From Chrysochromulina tobinii (lineage: Eukaryota): DNA of 32,928 nt. The stretch covers positions 1-32,928 of the forward strand of contig JWZX01002499.1 in NCBI GenBank assembly GCA_001275005.1. The letters run 5' to 3'. Shown here in pieces: positions 19,593 through 29,779 of this stretch. The notes beneath the pieces are model-generated. The model made no database searches and was not told where the DNA came from. It saw only the letters and a program-made list of their open reading frames with translations. The stretch's first letter is position 1; every line of letters begins with the position of its first letter. A program made the position numbers and the translations under genes.

Positions 19593-20186
19593 TCAGGCCG
19601 CCGCTGCCGTCTTGGTGTGCTCAATCTTCTTCACCTTGACCTCCTCGCCCACGAGCTCGTACACGTAGATCACTACGCGCTGCTGCTGCACATCCATGAG
19701 GACGAATGAAGGCGTCGGCTCCTCGGTGAGCTTGAATGACGGCGAGAAGGCACCGGTTGCCGAGCCCGGGTTGATGAAGAGTTTGCCCTCAGCCTCATAC
19801 GCCGAGAATGTGTGCGTGTGGCCAGTCACGAGGATGTCGCAATCGAGCTGCCGCTGCAACGCGCCGAGCGCCTCCGAATCACCCCATGGCACGATCTGGT
19901 GGCCGTGGCACAAGCCGAGCTGGAACTGGCCGATTTTGACCACCTTGGTGTCGGGGAGGCCGTCTGCCACGTTCGGAAGGAAGGTGCTGTCATCGAAGTC
20001 CCCCCTGCACACGTGCACGTCTGCGGCAAGCGAGCGCAGGTAGTCGTAGGTGAGTTTGTCGACAACATTGCCCGTGCAGAGGATGTGCTGGATCTTGCCC
20101 GGCTGCAGCAGCGCCTTGAACTTCTTGGGCAGATCCGCCTTGCGATGCGGGATGTGCAGATCGCCGATGACCAGGACGAGCACCAT
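19593..20186 (-). CDS. VPS29: Retromer subunit VPS29
   Basis: [73 protein letters not shown]. Confidence 0.97.
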   Translation of the reverse strand: MVLVLVIGDLHIPHRKADLPKKFKALLQPGKIQHILCTGNVVDKLTYDYLRSLAADVHVCRGDFDDSTFLPNVADGLPDTKVVKIGQFQLGLCHGHQIVPWGDSEALGALQRQLDCDILVTGHTHTFSAYEAEGKLFINPGSATGAFSPSFKLTEEPTPSFVLMDVQQQRVVIYVYELVGEEVKVKKIEHTKTAAAA

Positions 20187-20437
20187 CTCTAGAGCGGCGG
20201 GGCCGACGCCAATGCACAATGCACAATGGGCTGTGGTGCTCACCACAACACCGACGTCCCTTCTTCACGGTACCGGTACTCGGTGATCGTGTGAACTTCT
20301 ACAACCATACTCCGAAAACCATCTCTCCGAAGGCAAGGTTGCGCTTGTTTAGATACTTGTGATGTTTTGACTAATTAGCTTGCTTGCTTACCCCGAAGAC
20401 GAGCTTAGTTCGCTTCAAGTACCGGTAGCGCTAAGGC

Positions 20438-21583
20438 CTAAGCACCACCGTGCGCTCGCGCCTCGCAGTCCCTCAGAGTCTGCCCAACGTGCCTCGCCAC
20501 GACACACGCAAAGCGTCCAAGTAGTAGATGATTGGGGCGGCGCTGAAACGGGCGCTCACACTCGAGCGCGGCCGCCTCGATCCCGAGTAACGCCCACGAG
20601 CCTGCGAGGAGCAGTGGCAGCGCGATCCAGCCGAACTGCGCGACCGTCTCCGTGAAGAAGAGGATGAGATATAGCAGCAAGAACGTGCGCAAGTGTGCGA
20701 CATACACGAACGGCAGAGGTGTGCCGTTGATGCGATCCATGGCTCCCCACGCGCCTGTGAGGACGTTTATCGAGCTACATAGCTCCTGGTAGACGGCTGC
20801 CCGAAACATCGGGTCGAGTTCAGGCAGCTGCGCGACCTCGATGGCGGCCAGCCGCAGCTGGTTGAGCACGTAGATAGGCGCGCAGGTGCGCTCCGGGTCG
20901 AGAAGACGTTTTGCCTCGGATTCGCTAATGAGAGGCACCAGCTCAGCGAGGCGTGAGCATTCGGAAGTGGCTGGGCGCAAAGAGTTCTTCACCGTCACCG
21001 GAAATATGGCGAGCCACCGGGCAAACCGAGAGCGCAGCTCGGGATGTGACACGCAGACGACCGCACTGTCCGATGCCAGCACGCGGCATCTTTCCACCAT
21101 CAGCCCAGCCGCTGCCCGCGCGTCCCAGTAACGCACAGCAGCACGCCCAAGCCGAAAGATAAGCAGAAACGAAATCGTCGAGAGCAGCGGGCCAAAGACA
21201 TCCTCCAGCGGCACTACTAGCTCGCGTAGAATGGGCAAGAACTCAAAGATAATCGCCGCAAAGCAGCCGTATGCGAATAGGCAGGCTAGCGGCCAGGCAA
21301 TGAAACCAGCATTGCGACCTCGAAGAATACAGACAAGTCGAAAGGACTCGGTGTCATACACGATGGCAGCTGCGTCACACGAGGCGAGTGCATCCAGGCG
21401 GGCTGGCAACTCGAGAGCTTCGAGTATCGGTAGCTGGTCGAGAAAAGTCCGTCCATTCAAGGCAGGCGACATTGCTGCCGCGATCCGTCTGCGACCAGTG
21501 CCTTCGATTGTTGGTTCTGGCTGATCGAGCGAATCGAGATCAGGTTGAATTGCCAAAATCTCTGCAGGCGGTTGTGCCACCAT
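20438..21583 (-). CDS. Bestrophin-like (UPF0187) anion channel
   Basis: FLLIFRLGRAAVRYWDAR, MDRINGTPLPFVYVAHLRTFLLLY, LLGIEAAALECERPF. Start uncertain. Confidence 0.88.
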   Translation of the reverse strand: MVAQPPAEILAIQPDLDSLDQPEPTIEGTGRRRIAAAMSPALNGRTFLDQLPILEALELPARLDALASCDAAAIVYDTESFRLVCILRGRNAGFIAWPLACLFAYGCFAAIIFEFLPILRELVVPLEDVFGPLLSTISFLLIFRLGRAAVRYWDARAAAGLMVERCRVLASDSAVVCVSHPELRSRFARWLAIFPVTVKNSLRPATSECSRLAELVPLISESEAKRLLDPERTCAPIYVLNQLRLAAIEVAQLPELDPMFRAAVYQELCSSINVLTGAWGAMDRINGTPLPFVYVAHLRTFLLLYLILFFTETVAQFGWIALPLLLAGSWALLGIEAAALECERPFQRRPNHLLLGRFACVVARHVGQTLRDCEARAHGGA

Positions 21584-21703
21584 GCCGGCCTCCGACGATT
21601 CGCGAGAAGCGTGTCTCGCGAACAAAACGCGCTTGCTTTTGAAAGTTTATACACGCGCCTCCCCCCCAAAAGTGCAGATGGATATCCTTGATGACGCGTG
21701 GAC

Positions 21704-22450
21704 TTACTCCCTCCACAACGAAAACTGCGGCACCGCAGCAGTGGCTCTCTGGTCAGGCTCGTCGTCGTCATCCAGGAGTTCGAGCGGATCGATAGCGCCA
21801 GCCGCTGCATGCTCGGGCACGTTGGGGAGTCTAGAGCTGCTGCCCTTGGTCGATGAGCTGCGTGCCGACGACCCACCTAACGAGGGGCCGGTTCGTACGT
21901 ATGCCGAGCCCGGTCGAGAATAAAAAGGTAGCTTAGATGAGCTTATGGCAGCATCACTGCCGGAGGCAACGCCCTCGTTCTTGAGAGCGTCATCCTCCTC
22001 CTCCTCATCATCAACATCCACTTTGCGGATCACGCGTTTCTCAATCAGCTCGGCTTTCGGTGTGCGCGTGAAGCCTCGTGCAGCAAATAAGGGCCACAGC
22101 GCGTCGGAGATGGAGGCAAAGTCACACGCAGTGCGGCCGGCACTATCCTGAAGCGTCCCGTTCGCGCCCGCCGCGAGCAGCATGTGAAGAATCTTGCCAT
22201 GCTCCTGGAAAGCGGCCGCATGCAGCGCGGTGCTGCTGGTGCCGTCGTCGTTGCGTACGTTGGGGTCACAGCCGGCGTCGAGCAGCAGCTGCACGACTTC
22301 CTCGTGTCCCCAAATTGTTGCGGCGCAGAGCGGACTGACGCCGTCCGACCCGAGCGCGTCGATGTCAGTCTCCGCATTGTCGATGAGAAACGCGACCACC
22401 GACGTCTGCCCACTCGCTGCCGCCTCGCACAGGCTGACGCGGGTTATCAT
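21704..22450 (-). CDS. Ankyrin-repeat protein
   Basis: Repeats SPLCAATIWGHEEVVQLLLDAGCDPN, TALHAAAFQEHGKILHMLLAAGAN and GRTACDFA. Confidence 0.9.
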   Translation of the reverse strand: MITRVSLCEAAASGQTSVVAFLIDNAETDIDALGSDGVSPLCAATIWGHEEVVQLLLDAGCDPNVRNDDGTSSTALHAAAFQEHGKILHMLLAAGANGTLQDSAGRTACDFASISDALWPLFAARGFTRTPKAELIEKRVIRKVDVDDEEEEDDALKNEGVASGSDAAISSSKLPFYSRPGSAYVRTGPSLGGSSARSSSTKGSSSRLPNVPEHAAAGAIDPLELLDDDDEPDQRATAAVPQFSLWRE

Positions 22451-22664
22451 GCTCCGTCGCGCTCTGGTTTGCGGGCGGGTTCACGAGGTAAGAAATGTGT
22501 GAAGGAAAACGGCGTGCTTCAGTATGAATACTGTATGAATAGGTCAGATTTTGCCAAGACACGGCGTGGCCACACCCACCGGCTGCTCTGTCCCGTGTGT
22601 GTCCCGGCTCCCCCCGGTGTCTTTTTACCGACTGCTCTGAAACGGCTGTGCTTGTGCGGAAGCG

Positions 22665-22773
22665 TCCAGCCCTTCGAATAGTCTGCGTGAATAGAGTATT
22701 AAGTTGTGGCCTACTGGCCTCCCTTAGGACTGCTACGGCGCGGCGCCCCTGTTCACGGACGGGTACACACGCC
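22665..22773. repeat. Split direct repeat B2 (109 bp; identical to 23069-23177)
   Basis: tccagcccttcgaatag...gggtacacacgcc occurs twice. Confidence 0.95.
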
Positions 22774-22921
22774 CCCACACACGGAATGTACCGAGATGGA
22801 GACATGCAATGTCCAAATCCGCCCGTGAACGGGTCGCCGCCTGCGAACATGCGCAGTGAGTTGTACACTGACCACTCCTAGCATGCAACATACTTGAAGG
22901 GACGGGAGGGTGGGCGCTTGA

Positions 22922-23177
22922 CATGGATCTGCGCGCTTGTCGTGCGCCAGACCACAAAAGCAAAGCCGAAGGCTGCTTTACAGTGGTGGCTAGACGCGGC
23001 GCGCGCATACCATTTTGTTTCCCCACAGCCCTCTAGCGCTGGACGAAGGTCGACCCCCTCGACTCCCATCCAGCCCTTCGAATAGTCTGCGTGAATAGAG
23101 TATTAAGTTGTGGCCTACTGGCCTCCCTTAGGACTGCTACGGCGCGGCGCCCCTGTTCACGGACGGGTACACACGCC
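22922..23177. repeat. Internal abutting repeats A2 (22922-23068) and B1 (23069-23177)
   Basis: A matches 26758-26904 and B matches 22665-22773. The junction reads ...ctccca|tccagc... Confidence 0.95.
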
Positions 23178-23298
23178 ATAGCTGCCCTCGGAAGCCCGTC
23201 GGCCTTGCTTCGAGCTGACTAAGCTCAGCCAGTGCAGACGAAGAGCCCCCAACGCCGAAGAGAGCAGCGCCGGGAAAGTCCTAGATCCTGTGAAGTCA

Positions 23299-24594
23299 TC
23301 AGGAACGGACAAACTCCTCGTGGTCGAACATCGCCTCGAAGTCCTCGAAGGACGTCGAGGCGATCACCGAGCCCATCTGTCGGGCACACGTCAGTGAGTA
23401 CCGCAGGTAGAGCTCATACACATCCGAGTCCCACCGACCCATCGCTCGGATGACCGCCTCGGAGACGTTGGCCGCCAGTGCGGCAGACGCCCCCCCGATA
23501 CGTAAACTGTGCCCCCCGTACAGCTCGGGGGCCAGACCCACCGAGTGCATTAGGAAGCGAACCACCTCGCGCACGTAGTCCGTCGTGAAGGACGCCCCCG
23601 AAGCCCGCCTGAAGAGGGGCGTGGCATCGTAACGCTCGGGGGGCACGCGATCGATCCGAAACAGAAGTAACAAGTCCTGCACCGGTGTGAGGATTGTGCC
23701 GTCAAACAGGAAGACCGGCACCGTCTTGCCCCCTCGATAGCGCAGCTTCTTACACGGCCGCATCATCACCTGCGCGGCCACCGGAGCAATCCCTCGACGT
23801 TCGACCTCGTCGAACGAGACCCACTCTGCCTCCTGCCCCCCCACCGGGCGAGAGAGGAAGCTAACATCGGCTCGACTGAGAGAGCGAGCCTTGGACCACG
23901 CCTGCCCACGCTGCAGAGACATCTCCGCGGCCCTTAGCAGGCCGCAGAACCCCACCGAGGCGCACGCCCGAGCGTTGACAGCCGACACCGAGTCGGTCGG
24001 AAGCCTGTCGAGCGAGTCCTTGAGGTCCTGCGTGCGCACCGCCCGCCTCTTGCGCCGAGGCGGCGCGTCTATCACCTTCTCCATGCCCCTAAGCATCTTG
24101 CGCACACGCGGCATATTGTACCCGGGCACTGGAGGGCCGTAGAACGAGGTGTGCGCACTGAGCGCCTCCCCAAAGTACTTACGAGCCGTCTCGACCTGAA
24201 CACGGCGAACGTGCACTAGCCAAACGACGAAGCGGAGGTAATAGCCCTCGATGCGCAGTCGCACCTGTGGCCCATCCGCCAGCTCGCCATGCTGCTCGGG
24301 GGACTCCCCGAGCGCGCGCATGAAGTCCTGCCACCAGATCCACCCCTGCTTGCACCTCCCCTCGGATGTCTGCACCCCGACCGCCAGGTACGCCACAGCG
24401 CTGTCCTCGAGCGACTGGTCACGCACCATAGCGAGGTCGTGCTCCCGCCGAGCCGAGGCCCGACGGATGCGAAGCTCCTGCCTGTCGCCCACCGCGAAGG
24501 GGCGGGCGTCAGAAGCCACGGGTGCAACGAGCACCCCTGGGCGGGGCTCAGAGGATCTCCCGCCAGTCGACGACATGGAGATCGACGAACTCAA
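23299..24594 (-). CDS. Tyrosine recombinase (phage integrase family) of the retroelement
   Basis: GFCGLLRAAE (R), GHSLRIGGAS (HxxR) and MGRWDSDVYELY (W...Y). Overlaps the end of the RT ORF. Confidence 0.92.
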   Translation of the reverse strand: MSSSISMSSTGGRSSEPRPGVLVAPVASDARPFAVGDRQELRIRRASARREHDLAMVRDQSLEDSAVAYLAVGVQTSEGRCKQGWIWWQDFMRALGESPEQHGELADGPQVRLRIEGYYLRFVVWLVHVRRVQVETARKYFGEALSAHTSFYGPPVPGYNMPRVRKMLRGMEKVIDAPPRRKRRAVRTQDLKDSLDRLPTDSVSAVNARACASVGFCGLLRAAEMSLQRGQAWSKARSLSRADVSFLSRPVGGQEAEWVSFDEVERRGIAPVAAQVMMRPCKKLRYRGGKTVPVFLFDGTILTPVQDLLLLFRIDRVPPERYDATPLFRRASGASFTTDYVREVVRFLMHSVGLAPELYGGHSLRIGGASAALAANVSEAVIRAMGRWDSDVYELYLRYSLTCARQMGSVIASTSFEDFEAMFDHEEFVRS

Positions 24595-26791
24595 ACCCTA
24601 ACTGGGCCGCCATGGTGGCCACGGCAGCCGGCCCGCCCCGAGTGACGGGGCGAGAACCAATGTCAGCCCACTCGTTGTTGGCTGACGTGATGCGCTCGCC
24701 CATGACGAAGACCGAGCGATCCGAGCACCACGTGACCCGAGCAGCGCACAGCCGCTGTGAGAGGGGCGTGCTCGGCGTCAACGTACGGATGGCCGACAGC
24801 GCCACCGTGTTATCCGTGAACTCCCACACGTAGTGGAGGTGGAGGGCCTCGCCGAGGACGAAGAGGCCGATGGTCGACGCGACCAGCTCCTTATCCGCGA
24901 TGATCAGCTCGCCATCGAGCGGGCCCCAGACGCCGCTCACCATGTACACGACGCCCGCCTCGAACGTCCAGGCCGCCCAGCCCTCCTCGCCCGAGGCATC
25001 GGCATAGATGACGCCGACGCCCGGCGAGCCGTAGAGCGGAACCCATTCCCGACACGCCATCGGAACGCCCGGATGATCCGGGTCCTCGAGCTCCGTCGCC
25101 CAACGCTGCAGTGCCTCCCGCACGTGACGCGTGATGAAGACCTTCTGCACCGGCGAGCGCTTGAGGGCGATCTTGAAGCTGCGCCAACACGGGGCCACCC
25201 ACTGGCGCCCCTTAGGGTAGATGATCGAGGCGAACGTGAGCTTGCCCAAGAGCTCCCGAAACTCAGACAGAGGGACCCCTGCCTGGCTGATCGACACCGC
25301 CCGGCACAGCGCCGCATAGCGCTCGCGCTTGCCCGCCGCCAGCTTCATGAGTCCTGACGACAGGTCGAGCGCGACCCCCAGCAGGTCGATCCGCTCGCCA
25401 AACTCCCTCTTCTCCGGCGAGGAGAGGTGGCCAAACGCCTCGAATACGTCCTCCACGAGCTCGAGGTGGACCTTCGCCCGCGTCAAGTGCTGACCGTCAG
25501 GGCCAAGCAGAGGGCGACCGAGCTCGTCGAACAGAGGGTCGTCGATAGAAGCCCCCCCGCCGTCGTCGACGAACTGACCGTACAGGTGCAAAACCGCCCA
25601 CCGCTCATCATTGAACGGCTCGAGCTCAGGCAGCAGGACGCCGAACTCGAGGGCCATGCGCACGCGCTCGCGCTGCCAAGCAACCACCCTCGGGTCACGA
25701 GAGGGGTAGGTAGCGTCGAACTGGCGCAAACGCTGCTTCACCACGGAGGCCATGTGGTCAGAGTGCCGCAGCGCCTTCACGGCAACAGAGGCGTCACCGA
25801 ACTGGCAACGCCAGTCGATCTGCCAGTTACCCGAGGGAGTCACCATCGACTGCCGCCACACCTGATCGGGCCGCCGCCCGACCTTGCGATAGAAGGCCTC
25901 CGCATCGACCTTCCACGCCGTAACCGGCGCGCCCGACGCCTTCAGCACCATCATACCTGAGGCAACCTGAGCAAGCCGCAACAACACCGCCGGCGGCCAG
26001 GCCGAGCGATCCATCGCATCGTTGAGCGAGGGAGTGGCCAAGCCGTGAGGCTCGAGCGGCACGCCTGGCTTAGGCCACGACAGGTCGTTCGTGAGCCGGA
26101 ACTTGGGCGCCCCCGCCCTAGCCGACTCATCGACCACCGAGTACGGGGAGCATCGAATCGGCCACATAGGCAGCCGCTCGTGATCCTCCGCCCAACCCTT
26201 GAGCACGCTCTTAGCGATCTTGGCCTCAGCCTGTTCGAAGAAAGCCAGCGCGCCAGAGTGAGGGGCGCACAACAGCGACCCGTTCTCAACAGTCGAGTCG
26301 TCACAGAAACCCCGGAGACACTCGTCGATGATTCCCCTGTCAGGGTAGTCGATGCCAAAGATCGAGATCGCGTGCCTGTTCAGGTCGTCTCGAATGGCCG
26401 TCTCCCCCACCGCGATCACCTGCGCGGGCAAGCCATGGGCAAGAGGGCGCAAGTCCCACACCCAACCCCGGGCCGCCGGGACTGTATGCTGGTCCTCAGG
26501 AAGCCAGAGATCCTCCGGGCGCAGGCGCCGCGCCAAGGACGCGTTCCCCCGCCGCGCCGCCGCGGCCATCCGCCTGAACCGCCGCAGCCACCGCCCGATG
26601 AGCTTGATCGTCCCCACCGGAACAACCTGGTCGAGCCGAGTCACGAGCGGCGGGAAGGCCGAGCGGAGCCCTGAGAACATCGGCAGCGGCTCAGTCGCCG
26701 CGGGCACGTTGAGCCGCGGCATCGGCCGCCTGAGAAGGTCCTCGAGCCGCGCCGTATCATGGATCTGCGCGCTTGTCGTGCGCCAGACCAC
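24548..26791 (-). CDS. Reverse transcriptase + RNase H of the retroelement (N-terminus probably truncated)
   Basis: KFRLTNDLS, KVDAEAFYR, QFG, FVDD, LLGV. RNase H motifs YADASG, ELVA, FTDNTVA and NEWADIGSR. Confidence 0.9.
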   Translation of the reverse strand: MVWRTTSAQIHDTARLEDLLRRPMPRLNVPAATEPLPMFSGLRSAFPPLVTRLDQVVPVGTIKLIGRWLRRFRRMAAAARRGNASLARRLRPEDLWLPEDQHTVPAARGWVWDLRPLAHGLPAQVIAVGETAIRDDLNRHAISIFGIDYPDRGIIDECLRGFCDDSTVENGSLLCAPHSGALAFFEQAEAKIAKSVLKGWAEDHERLPMWPIRCSPYSVVDESARAGAPKFRLTNDLSWPKPGVPLEPHGLATPSLNDAMDRSAWPPAVLLRLAQVASGMMVLKASGAPVTAWKVDAEAFYRKVGRRPDQVWRQSMVTPSGNWQIDWRCQFGDASVAVKALRHSDHMASVVKQRLRQFDATYPSRDPRVVAWQRERVRMALEFGVLLPELEPFNDERWAVLHLYGQFVDDGGGASIDDPLFDELGRPLLGPDGQHLTRAKVHLELVEDVFEAFGHLSSPEKREFGERIDLLGVALDLSSGLMKLAAGKRERYAALCRAVSISQAGVPLSEFRELLGKLTFASIIYPKGRQWVAPCWRSFKIALKRSPVQKVFITRHVREALQRWATELEDPDHPGVPMACREWVPLYGSPGVGVIYADASGEEGWAAWTFEAGVVYMVSGVWGPLDGELIIADKELVASTIGLFVLGEALHLHYVWEFTDNTVALSAIRTLTPSTPLSQRLCAARVTWCSDRSVFVMGERITSANNEWADIGSRPVTRGGPAAVATMAAQLGFEFVDLHVVDWREIL

Positions 26792-26904
26792 AAAAGCAAA
26801 GCCGAAGGCTGCTTTACAGTGGTGGCTAGACGCGGCGCGCGCATACCATTTTGTTTCCCCACAGCCCTCTAGCGCTGGACGAAGGTCGACCCCCTCGACT
26901 CCCA
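26758..26904. repeat. Split direct repeat A1 (147 bp; identical to 22922-23068)
   Basis: catggatctgcgcgc...ccctcgactccca occurs twice. Confidence 0.95.
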
Positions 26905-27037
26905 GCGGCCGCTACATTTGGTCTCCACAAGACTCGAGAAATCGAGACGCGTTCTCCCCCAACACACAGGCTGCCACGATGACGCATCTTCTTTCCTTGT
27001 GCAAAAAAGGAAAGCACGACGAAAGCACCGCGAAGCC

Positions 27038-27436
27038 ATGAGCGCCGACGACGATTTTGCCGCGCCAGTCGATCTTCGCATGCGCACGTTGCGCAACCAA
27101 TTTGCGGTCGCGGTTGCAGACGTTCTCGAAGGTGAAGGCGAGGCTGAGATGGGGGCTCGTTCGTCATTGCCTTTGAGCAAGGCTTTTGCTCAGCAGCTGA
27201 CTGAGACGACATGGATGTGGGCGACGACTGCCCTTGCACCAGACTTGGAGCGTTTTGCGAAACACGCCAAGCGCACGGTCATCAAACCCGAGGATGTGGT
27301 GCTCGCAGCTCGAAAGAATGAGGTTACGCATGTGCTCTTGGATAGAGAGGCACAGAGGCTGTGCGACAAGCGACAGTTGGACACTTTAGCCAAGCGACAG
27401 AAAGTAGGTGAGGGTTCGGGAGTCTCGGGACCGTGA
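27038..27436 (+). CDS. CENPS: CENP-S / MHF1 histone-fold protein
   Basis: LAPDLERFAKHAKRTVIKPEDVVLAARKN. ATG in GCCATGA context. Confidence 0.88.
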   Translation: MSADDDFAAPVDLRMRTLRNQFAVAVADVLEGEGEAEMGARSSLPLSKAFAQQLTETTWMWATTALAPDLERFAKHAKRTVIKPEDVVLAARKNEVTHVLLDREAQRLCDKRQLDTLAKRQKVGEGSGVSGP

Positions 27437-27616
27437 TTCAGAGCTAAGTGACCGTTCAAAAAAACTTTAACAACACGTACCTGCCTTAACTCTCGTCAGT
27501 GTCGGCGACAGGACCTTAGAGGTCGTACGTCCCTGGTGGGCGCAACTAGCGGACCGCAAGAGGCGTCCCCGTCGGTGCACCGCTGGTCCTTCTCGGCTCG
27601 CTGCGGGACCCAGCAT

Positions 27617-28219
27617 TCAGCAGCGAATGACACCTTCGCGAAGCTTGCCCCACACAAGCGAGGTGATCTTTCCAAGCGAGAGCTCGCCAGAGTACATCGC
27701 GTCGGTCAGGCAGTTCTTCTTTCCGTAGGTGCAGCACCACGCAAGCGAGTCCAAGGCAAGGATGTACTCGGCCCCGAGCGAGACGCCGAACGTCTTGACG
27801 CCCTCGAGCGAGAAGAGGCCGACGGCCGAGGCGCGTGCCATCTCGTCGGGCGTCGGCGGCCGTGGCGACTCGATCAGCATGCCCGGCAGAAGGCCATGCA
27901 TCAACGCGGCGCCACCCCTCGCAAGTCCGATGCCGCCCAGCACGAAGAGAAGCACGGTCATGCGACCAGCCCCGAAAAGCAGCAGCAGCATGCCAACCGC
28001 CGCGCTCGCGAATCCGAAGGAGCGGGCAAGCTTGATGCTGCGGTGGGCGCCGATGAGCGTGTGCAGGCCATCGGATGTGGGTGAAGGCTTTGGCTTTGCG
28101 CGCCAGGTTTCCGGGATGGGCAACGGCACACTGGTGGCCCCAGGTGGGGCGCACGAGCTAGGCTTGCCGCGGCGCGCCTCGCGCTCTTTCGCCAGCTGCG
28201 CAAGCTCGGATGCGTCCAT
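27617..28219 (-). CDS. Hypothetical membrane protein
   Basis: ORF with two adjacent hydrophobic segments (AVGMLLLLFGAG, VLLFVLGGIGL). No family recognised. Confidence 0.5.
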   Translation of the reverse strand: MDASELAQLAKEREARRGKPSSCAPPGATSVPLPIPETWRAKPKPSPTSDGLHTLIGAHRSIKLARSFGFASAAVGMLLLLFGAGRMTVLLFVLGGIGLARGGAALMHGLLPGMLIESPRPPTPDEMARASAVGLFSLEGVKTFGVSLGAEYILALDSLAWCCTYGKKNCLTDAMYSGELSLGKITSLVWGKLREGVIRC

Positions 28220-28784
28220 CTTCAATTCCTCCCCTCAAAAGTCGGTCACTCACTCGTCATCACTTCGCTCCGCTCTGAGTTCGCGGTTGCTGTGAAGAGC
28301 TCGCCAAGGAATGTGTGAACTTACCGGAGCACGGACGGTGCGGTCTGCGTATCATGTGAATGCACGTGAAGAAGAGACACACGCGAGAGAGGGTCACGCT
28401 ATGACGCGTCAACGTTGAGTGAGCGGAGATAGCCGGAGACGGGGCATCATCGACAAGATCATCGATGTGGGAGGGTCAGGGTGGAGGTGGCCGGCGTGGG
28501 CCGGGCATCATCGATCATGATCGCATAGATGTGCGAGAGCGGCAGGAGGTTCGGGTTGCCCGCGGACGCGGTGTTTTGAAAGCAAAAAGCACGCATGAAA
28601 GCACGTCATTTCGCACTACATCACCGGCTGTGACGTGAGCGAACTCACGCTCGTGCATGCAGGACGACGTCCGCGCCTATTCGGACCCGCGCCCGAGATG
28701 TCTCGCACAAAACTCCTGTCACCTCTACCGACTGTGACACTGCGTTCGGAGGCATCGTGAAAGCTTCTCTGTGCATCCTCCTCG

Positions 28785-29624
28785 CTAGACAGAGGTCGCT
28801 CTCACGGGCTCGGCCCACGAGACGCGCCCCTTGAGCACGTCCTCTGAGGGCAGCGCCGCGAGGTGATCGCGCTGCGCGAGAAGGTATTCGGTCAGCCATC
28901 GGGCGCCCCTCTCGACGCCAGGGAGCGGGGTCCCTGTCTCGTCCACGAGCGGATCTCCCTCCTTGTCGACATACATGTTCTTGATGAGCAGGATGGCCAT
29001 CTCGTCACGCGGTGCGTCCGAGGCGAGCACCGCGTCCAGGTTCTTGCAGAAGCCGTGCCACGCGAACTGCGACGCCTTGAGGTGCTTCGAGATTTCTATG
29101 TAGCCCATCCGCTCACCGTTGGTCACGACGCCGTGCGAAAGGTCGAGTGACGCCTGATCCCAGACGTGCTCCATGAGCTCGCGGAAGAGCACGCTGTGCT
29201 TCTCCTTGGGCTCCATACGCAGCCGCACGTGCGCCACCCACGCGTGCAACCCTTTTAGTTGAAGGCGCGTGTAGAAGCGCTCTGGCAGGCGCGCGCCATC
29301 CTCTGCGGTGAAGATGGGCAGACCCGACTGCTCGAGCACGCGCATGTACATGTCGCCGCCTGCCGCCGCCTGCCACTGTTCATCGCCAAATGTGCCGCCA
29401 AGGCGCAACAGGCTCGACTGCCACCACGGCAGGTTCTGCAGCCGCTCAAGCTCCGCGATGAGCTTGCCAGACTTGGCCTGCTCTGACGCCTCGGGCGCGG
29501 CCGGCGCGGCTTCGGCGGAGGCAGTGCTCAGGGCACGTAAAGCAACCAGACGGCCATTCATTAGCGTTGAGGCGGGGCATGACGAGGACGTCCGACGCGC
29601 GGCGGCCAAGAGGGTACGACGCAT
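28785..29624 (-). CDS. Ubiquinol-cytochrome c reductase chaperone (CBP3/UQCC1 family), mitochondrial
   Basis: Arg/Ser-rich presequence and LPERFYTRLQLKGLHAWVAHVRLR...HVWD.. motif typical of Cbp3. Confidence 0.75.
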   Translation of the reverse strand: MRRTLLAAARRTSSSCPASTLMNGRLVALRALSTASAEAAPAAPEASEQAKSGKLIAELERLQNLPWWQSSLLRLGGTFGDEQWQAAAGGDMYMRVLEQSGLPIFTAEDGARLPERFYTRLQLKGLHAWVAHVRLRMEPKEKHSVLFRELMEHVWDQASLDLSHGVVTNGERMGYIEISKHLKASQFAWHGFCKNLDAVLASDAPRDEMAILLIKNMYVDKEGDPLVDETGTPLPGVERGARWLTEYLLAQRDHLAALPSEDVLKGRVSWAEPVRATSV

Positions 29625-29779
29625 TGGATCCTTCCAGGACAGTTCGAGGCTTTCCTTCGGATCCCGTTCGTATGAGCGCTGACGGCATAAAGCGCTGACG
29701 CATCACGAGTGTTCCAACCTAACCGACCAAGTTTACCACACATCATCCCCCTCCGCGGAATTCGCAATCGGGCGCCCGC

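Larger units (their letters stand above)
22665..26904 (-). mobile_element. Tyrosine-recombinase (DIRS order, Ngaro/PAT-like) retrotransposon with split direct repeats, lacking gag
   Basis: Element-sense order: A1(26904-26758) - RT/RNase H - YR - B1(23177-23069) A2(23068-22922) - 148 nt - B2(22773-22665). Confidence 0.9.
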
